Origin: Utricularia gibba
Lineage: Eukaryota; Plantae; Magnoliophyta
Length of the DNA: 30,582 bases
Assembly (NCBI GenBank): GCA_002189035.1
Contig: NEEC01000339.1
Coordinates: forward strand, 1-30,582
Direction of reading: 5' to 3'
In this document: positions 24,240 to 30,582 of the stretch, piece after piece
Numbering within the stretch: the stretch's first letter is position 1
Layout: each line of letters begins with the position of its first letter
Position numbers and translations under genes: made by a program
The notes under the pieces: model-generated
What the model saw: only the letters and a program-made list of their open reading frames with translations
Databases searched by the model: none
Told to the model about the DNA's origin: nothing

Positions 24240-27200
24240 TATGTTTTGGCTGTTGATTGATTCAATTAGTTGCCATGATACTTCTGATTCTTGATGCACC
24301 ATTCCCATACACATGTCTCTAGTGGCTATTTGATTCTTTTTCCGTGTATCTTGCTTGCATCAATTTCGAGAACGAGAAGCACAATATTAAACGCAGCCAC
24401 CAAGGAAGGACACGTAAGACACTTTTCGTTGTGGTTTGTTTTTAATATGTCCAAAGTTATGGGACAAACGTAACTCCAAATTATACTACTTGGAGCACGA
24501 ATAGGGGCTTCCCAATGGTGTGCTATGAAGAGTTAGGATCTGCATGTTTTGGAAGAGGTGCTTCGTGGACCAGGATGTGCGACATAGTCATTTCATTGCG
24601 CATCACCATTCGGGGTGCAGCCTAAAAATCACACGTGCACTGGATTCGTTAAAAGTAAACATTTTTGCGTACCTGGAGTATAATAGTGTTGGGATAAGTG
24701 ATGCCACGAAATTCATGATGTAACATGTGACTTTTTTCCATCTTGATCGCATATCCGATGAAGTTTGACACAATATGTTTTGGCTGTTGATTGATGCAAT
24801 TAGTTGCTATGATACTTCTGATTCTTGATGCACCATTCCCTTACACCATGTCTCTAGTGGCTATTTGATTCTTTTGCCGTGTATCTTGTTTGCATCAATT
24901 TCGAGAACGAGAAGCACAATATTAAACGCAGCCACCAAGGAAGGACACGTAAGACACTTTTCGTTGTGGTTTGTTTTTAATATGTCCACAGTTATCGGAC
25001 AAACGAAACTCCAAATTATACTACTTGGAGCTCGAATCGGGCTTCCCAATGGTGTGCTATGAAGAGTTAGGATCTGCATGTTTTTGGAAGAGGTGCTTCG
25101 TGACCAGGATGTGCGACATAGTCATTTCATTGCGCATCACCATTCGGGGTGCAGCCTAAAAATCACACGTGCACTGGATTCGTTAAAAGTAAACATTTTT
25201 GCGTACCTGGTGTATAATAGTGTTGGGATAAGTGATGCCACGAAATTCATGATGTAACATGTGACTTTTTTCCATCTTGATCGCATATCCGATGAAGTTT
25301 GACGCCATATGTTTTGGCTGTTGATTGATGCAATTAGTTGCTATGATACTTCTGATTCTTGATGCACCATTCCCTTACACATGTCTCTAGTGGCTATTTG
25401 ATTCTTTTGCCGTGTATCCCTTTGCATCAATTTCGAGAACGAGAAGCACATTATTAAACGCAGCCACCAAGGAAGGACGCGTAAGACACTTTTCGTTGTG
25501 GTTTGTTTTTAATATGTCCAAAGTTATGGGACAAACGTAACTCCAAATTATACTACTTGGAGCACGAATAGGGCTTCCCAATGGTGTGCTATGAAGAGTT
25601 AGATCTGCATGTTTTGGAAGAGGTGCTTCGTGGACCAGGATGTGCGACATAGTCATTTCATTGCGCATCACCATTCGGGGTGCAGCCTAAAAATCACACG
25701 TGCACCGGATTGTTAAAAATAATTTTTGCATACCTGAGTATAAACAGTGTTGGGATAAGTGATGCCACGAAATTCATGATGTAACATGTGACTTTTTTCC
25801 ATCTTGATCGCATATCCGATGAAGTTTGACACCATATGTTTTGGCTGTTGATTGATGCAATTAGTTGCTATGATACTTCTGATTCTTGATGCACATTCCC
25901 TACACCATGTCTCTAGTGGCTATTGATTCTTTTGCCGTGTATCTTTTTGCATCAATTTCGAGAACGAGAAGCACATTATTAAACGCAGCCACCAAGGAAG
26001 GACACGTAAGACACTTTTCGTTGTGGTTTGTTTTTAATATGTCCACAGTTATGGGACAAACGTAACTCCAAATTATACTACTTGGAGCACGAATAGGGCT
26101 TCCAATGGTGTGCTATGAAGAGTTAGCATCTGCATGATTTGGAAGAGGTGCTTCGTGACCAGGATGTGCGACATAGTCATTTCATTGCGCATCACCATTC
26201 GGGTGCAGCCTAAAAATCACACGTGCACTGGATTCGTTAAAAGTAAACATTTTTGCGTACCTGGTGTATAATAGTGTTGGGATAAGTGATGCCACGAAAT
26301 TCATGATGTAACATGTGACTTTTTTCCATCTTGATCGCATATCCGATGAAGTTTGACACCATATGTTTTGGCTGTTGATTGATTCAATTAGTTGCCATGA
26401 TACTTCTGATTCTTGATGCACCATTCCCATACACATGTCTCTAGTGGCTATTTGATTCTTTTTCCGTGTATCTTGCTTGCATCAATTTCGAGAACGAGAA
26501 GCACATATTAAACGCAGCCACCAAGGAAGGACACGTAAGACACTTTTCGTTGTGGTTTGTTTTTAATATGTCCACAGTTATGGACAAACGAAACTCCAAA
26601 TTATACTACTTGGAGCTCGAATCGGGCTTCCCAATGGTGTGCTATGAAGAGTTAGGATCTGCATGATTTGGAAGAGGTGCTTCGTGGACCAGGATGTGCG
26701 ACATAGTCATTTCATTGCGCATCACCATTCGGGGTGCAGCCTAAAAATCACACGTGCACTGGATTCGTTAAAAGTAAACATTTTTGCGTACCTGGAGTAT
26801 AATAGTGTTGGGATAAGTGATGCACGAAATTCATGATGTAACATGTGACTTTTTTCCATCTTGATCGCATATCCGATGAAGTTTGACACAATATGTTTTG
26901 GCTGTTGATTGATGCAATTAGTTGCTATGATACTTCTGATTCTTGATGCACCATTCCCTTACACCATGTCTCTAGTGGCTATTTGATTCTTTTGCCGTGT
27001 ATCTTGTTTGCATCAATTTCGAGAACGAGAAGCACAATATTAAACGCAGCCACCAAGGAAGGACACGTAAGACACTTTTCGTTGTGGTTTGTTTTTAATG
27101 TCCACAGTTATCGGACAAACGAAACTCCAAATTATACTATTGGAGCTCGAATCGGGCTTCCCAATGGTGTGCTATGAAGAGTTAGGATCTGCATGTTTGG

Positions 27201-30200
27201 AAGAGGTGCTTCGTGACCAGGATGTGCGACATAGTCATTTCATTGCGCATCACCATTCGGGGTGCAGCCTAAAAATCACACGTGCACTGGATTCGTTAAA
27301 AGTAAACATTTTTGCGTACCTGGTGTATAATAGTGTTGGGATAAGTGATGCCACGAAATTCATGATGTAACATGTGACTTTTTCCATCTTGATCGCATAT
27401 CCGATGAAGTTTGACGCCATACGTTTTGGCAGTTGATTGATGCAATTAGTTGCTATGATACTTCTGATTCTTGATGCACCATTCCCTTACAACCATGTCT
27501 CTAGTGGTTATTTGATTCTTTTGCCGTGTATCCATTTGCATCAATTTCGAGAACGAGAAGCACATTATTAACGCAGCCACCAAGGAAGGACGCGTAAGAC
27601 ACTTTTCGTTGTGGTTTGTTTTTAATATGTCCAAAGTTATGGGACAAACGTAACTCCAAATTATACTACTTGGAGCACGAATAGGGCTTCCCAATGGTGT
27701 GCTATGAAGAGTTAGATCTGCATGATTTGGAAGAGGTGCTTCGTGGACCAGGATGTGCGACATAGTCATTTCATTGCGCATCACCATTCGGGGTGCAGCC
27801 TAAAAATCACACGTGCACTGGATTTGTTAAAATAAATATTTACGCATATCCTGAGTATACAACAGTGTTGGGATAAGTGATGCCACGAAATTCATGATGT
27901 AACATGTGACTTTTTTCCATCTTGATCGCATATCCCGATGAAGTTTGACACCATATGTTTTGGCTGTTAATTGATTCAATTAGTTGCCATGATACTTCTG
28001 ATTCTTGATGCACCATTCCCATACACCATGTCTCTAGTGGCTATTTGATTCTTTTTCCCGTGTATCTTGCTTGCATCAATTTCGAGAACGAGAAGCACAT
28101 TATTAAACGCAGCCACCAAGGAAGGACACGTAAGACACTTTTCGTTGTGGTTTGTTTTTAATATGTCCACAGTTATGGACAAAACGTAACTCCAAATTAT
28201 ACTTCTTGGAGCACGAATAGGGCTTCCCAATGGTGTGCTATGAAGAGTTAGCATCTGCATGATTTGGAAGAGGTGCTTCGTGACCAGGATGTGCGACATA
28301 GTCATTTCATTGCGCATCACCATTCGGGGTGCAGCCTAAAAATCACACGTGCACTGGATTCGTTAAAAGTAAACATTTTTGCGTACCTGGTGTATAATAG
28401 TGTTGGGATAAGTGATGCCACGAAATTCATGATGTAACATGTGACTTTTTTCCATCTTGATCGCATATCCGATGAAGTTTGACACATATGTTTTGGCTGT
28501 TGATTGATGCAATTAGTTGCCATGATACTTCTGATTCTTGATGCACCATTCCCATACACCATGTCTCTAGTGGCTATTTGATTCTTTTCCGTGTATCTTG
28601 CTTGCATCAATTTCGAGAACGAGAAGCACAATATTAAACGCAGCCACCAAGGAAGGACACGTAAGACACTTTTCGTTGTGGTTTGTTTTTAATATGTCCA
28701 AGTTATCGGACAAACGAAACTCCAAATTATACTACTTGGAGCTCGAATCGGGCTTCCCAATGGTGTGCTATGAAGAGTTAGGATCTGCATGATTTGGAAG
28801 AGGTGCTTCGTGGACCAGGATGTGCGACATAGTCATTTCATTGCGCATCACCATTCGGGGTGCAGCCTAAAAATCACACGTGCACTGGATTCGTTAAAAG
28901 TAAACATTTTTGCGTACCTGGAGTATAATAGTGTTGGGATAAGTGATGCCACGAAATTCATGATGTAACATGTGACTTTTTTCCATCTTGATCGCATATC
29001 CGATGAAGTTTGACACATATGTTTGGCTGTTGATTGATGCAATTAGTTGCTATGATACTTCTGATTCTTGATGCACCATTCCCTTACACCATGTCTCTAG
29101 TGGCTATTTGATTCTTTTGCCGTGTATCTTGTTTGCATCAATTTCGAGAACGAGAAGCACATATTAAACGCAGCCACCAAGGAAGGACACGTAAGACACT
29201 TTTCGTTGTGGTTTGTTTTTAATATGTCCACAGTTATGGGACAAACGTAACTCCAAATTATACTACTTGGAGCACGAATAGGGCTTCCCAATGGTGTGCT
29301 ATGAAGAGTTAGCATCTGCATGTTTGGAAGAGGTGCTTCGTAGACCAGGATGTGCGACATAGTCATTTCATTGCGCATCACCATTCGGGGTGCAGCCTAA
29401 AAATCACACGTGCACTGGATTCGTTAAAAGTAAACATTTTTGCGTACCTGGTGTATAATAGTGTTGGGATAAGTGATGCCACGAAATTCATGATGTAACA
29501 TGTGACTTTTTTCCATCTTGATCGCATATCCGATGAAGTTTGACACTATATTTTTGGCTGTTGATTGATTCAATTAGTTGCCATGATACTTCTGATTCTT
29601 GATGCACCATTCCCATACACCATGTCTCTAGTGGCTATTTGATTTTTTTTCCGTGTATCTTGCTTGCATCAATTTCGAGAACGAGAAGCACAATATTAAA
29701 CGCAGCCACCAAGGAAGGACACGTAAGACACTTTTCGTTGTGGTTTGTTTTTAATATGTCCACAGTTATCGGACAAACGAAACTCCAAATTATACTACTT
29801 GGAGCTCGAATCGGGCTTCCCAATGGTGTGCTATGAAGAGTTAGGATCTGCATGATTTGGAAGAGGTGCTTCGTGGACCTGGATGTGCGACATAGTCATT
29901 TCATTGCGCATCACCATTCGGGTGCAGCCTAAAAATCACACGTGCACTGGATTCGTTAAAAGTAAACATTTTTGCGTACCTGAGTATAATAGTGTTGGGA
30001 TAAGTGATGCCACGAAATTCATGATGTAACATGTGACTTTTTTCCATCTTGATCGCATATCCGATGAAGTTTGACACAATATGTTTCGGCTGTTGATTGA
30101 TGCAATTAGTTGCTATGATACTTCTGATTCTTGATGCACCATTCCCTTACACCATGTCTCTAGTGGCTATTTGATTCTTTTGCCGTGTATCTTGTTTGCA

Positions 30201-30582
30201 TCAATTTCGAGAACGAGAAGCACAATATTAAACGCAGCCACCAAGGAAGGACACGTAAGACACTTTTCGTTGTGGTTTGTTTTTAATATGTCCACAGTTA
30301 TCGGACAAAACGAAACTCCAAATTATACTACTTGGAGCTCGAATCGGGCTTCCCAATGGTGTGCTATGAAGAGTTAGGATCTGCATGTTTTGGAAGAGGT
30401 GCTTCGTAGACCAGGATGTGCGACATAGTCATTTCATTGCGCATCACCATTCGGGGTGCAGCCTAAAAATCACACGTGCACTGGATTCGTTAAAAGTAAA
30501 CATTTTTGCGTACCTGGTGTATAATAGTGTTGGGATAAGTGATGCCACGAAATTCATGATGTAACATGTGACTTTTTTCCAT
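24240..30582. repeat. Right sub-array containing W haplotype (GATTGATTCAAT ... TTTTTCCGTGTATCTTGCTTGC)
   Basis: TCTTGCTTGC occurs only at ~24349, 26471, 28065, 28596 and 29658. Four of the five are preceded by ATTGATTCAAT in the previous monomer. Confidence 0.7.

Larger units (their letters stand above)
18451..27493. repeat. Higher-order repeat region: X-Y-Z(-Z') blocks of 4, 3, 4, 4 and 3 monomers (last block runs to ~28026)
   Basis: Y-type monomers (TCTTGTTTGC, CACAATATT, TATCGG, CGAAACT, GAGCTCGAATCGG, CGTGACC, CCTGGTGTAT) start at 18981, 21111, 22711, 24847 and 26965, at spacings of 2130, 1600, 2136 and 2118 bp. Each is followed by a monomer with GACGCGT and GTCCAAAG, and preceded by one with GACACAATAT. 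Confidence 0.8.
1..30582. repeat. Tandem (satellite-like) array, ~534-bp monomer, ~57.6 head-to-tail copies, extends beyond both window edges
   Basis: Anchor CATGTCT(C)TAGTGG read at 431, 962, 1488, 2016, 2537, 3068, 3597, 4129, 4659, 5190, 5720, 6253, 6782, 7311, 7841, 8373, 8904, 9434, 9965, 10495, 11023, 11557, 12087, 12617, 13148, 13682, 14215, 14748, 15269, 15795, 16327, 16858, 17386, 17919, 18451, 18981, 19514, 20048, 20578, 21111, 21644, 22178, 22711, 23243, 23777, 24312, 24847, 25380, 25906, 26434, 26965, 27494, 28027, 28560, 29090, 29621, 30153. All are on the same strand with spacings of 521-535 bp, which leaves no room for inserted DNA. The same short peptides recur every ~530 bp in the ORF track. 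Confidence 0.99.

Noticed and set aside
233-30377. The many 60-134 aa ORFs in the six-frame track as protein-coding genes
   Set aside because: They are the same few peptides recurring every ~530 bp. Every frame of the consensus contains stops, longer ORFs arise from chance indels joining frames, and I recognise no domain.
1-30582. Rolling-circle concatemer of one small circular DNA or RNA template
   Set aside because: A single template would give identical copies plus unlinked errors. Here, multi-site linked haplotypes change along the array and recur every 3-4 units, not strictly periodically. No Rep ORF is present, and CAATATTAA is two mismatches from the geminivirus nonamer TAATATTAC and lacks a flanking stem.
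1-30582. CRISPR array or cassette array with variable spacers
   Set aside because: The variable segment has two collinear related states rather than unique spacers, the constant part is ~490 bp, and there are no cas or integrase genes.

Overview
The whole 30,582-bp window is one uninterrupted head-to-tail tandem array of a ~534-bp monomer. The consensus I read by hand is 534 bp and about 41% GC, and there are about 57.6 copies. The anchor CATGTCT(C)TAGTGG occurs 57 times from 431 to 30153 at spacings of 521-535 bp (mean ~531). Monomers are numbered here m1 (431) to m57 (30153), with a partial m0 at 1-430. The array runs off both window edges, with no inversion, insertion or unique DNA. All listed ORFs are short recurring translations of the repeat with stops in every frame, so I call no genes. 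I do not recognise the monomer. The best reading is a eukaryotic-type satellite array sequenced with indel-prone long reads. The structure worth following lies in the variants. An irregular 3/4-mer higher-order repeat spans ~18.4-27.5 kb, and the monomer subfamily changes at ~15.3-16.4 kb. A third haplotype appears after 24.2 kb. Within the monomer, a two-state hypervariable 46-48 bp segment sits next to a 60-bp invariant block. Recurrent CpG/TpG polymorphisms and strand-segregated GCATC/GATGC motifs are also present. I found no evidence of a new coding, RNA or mobile system.
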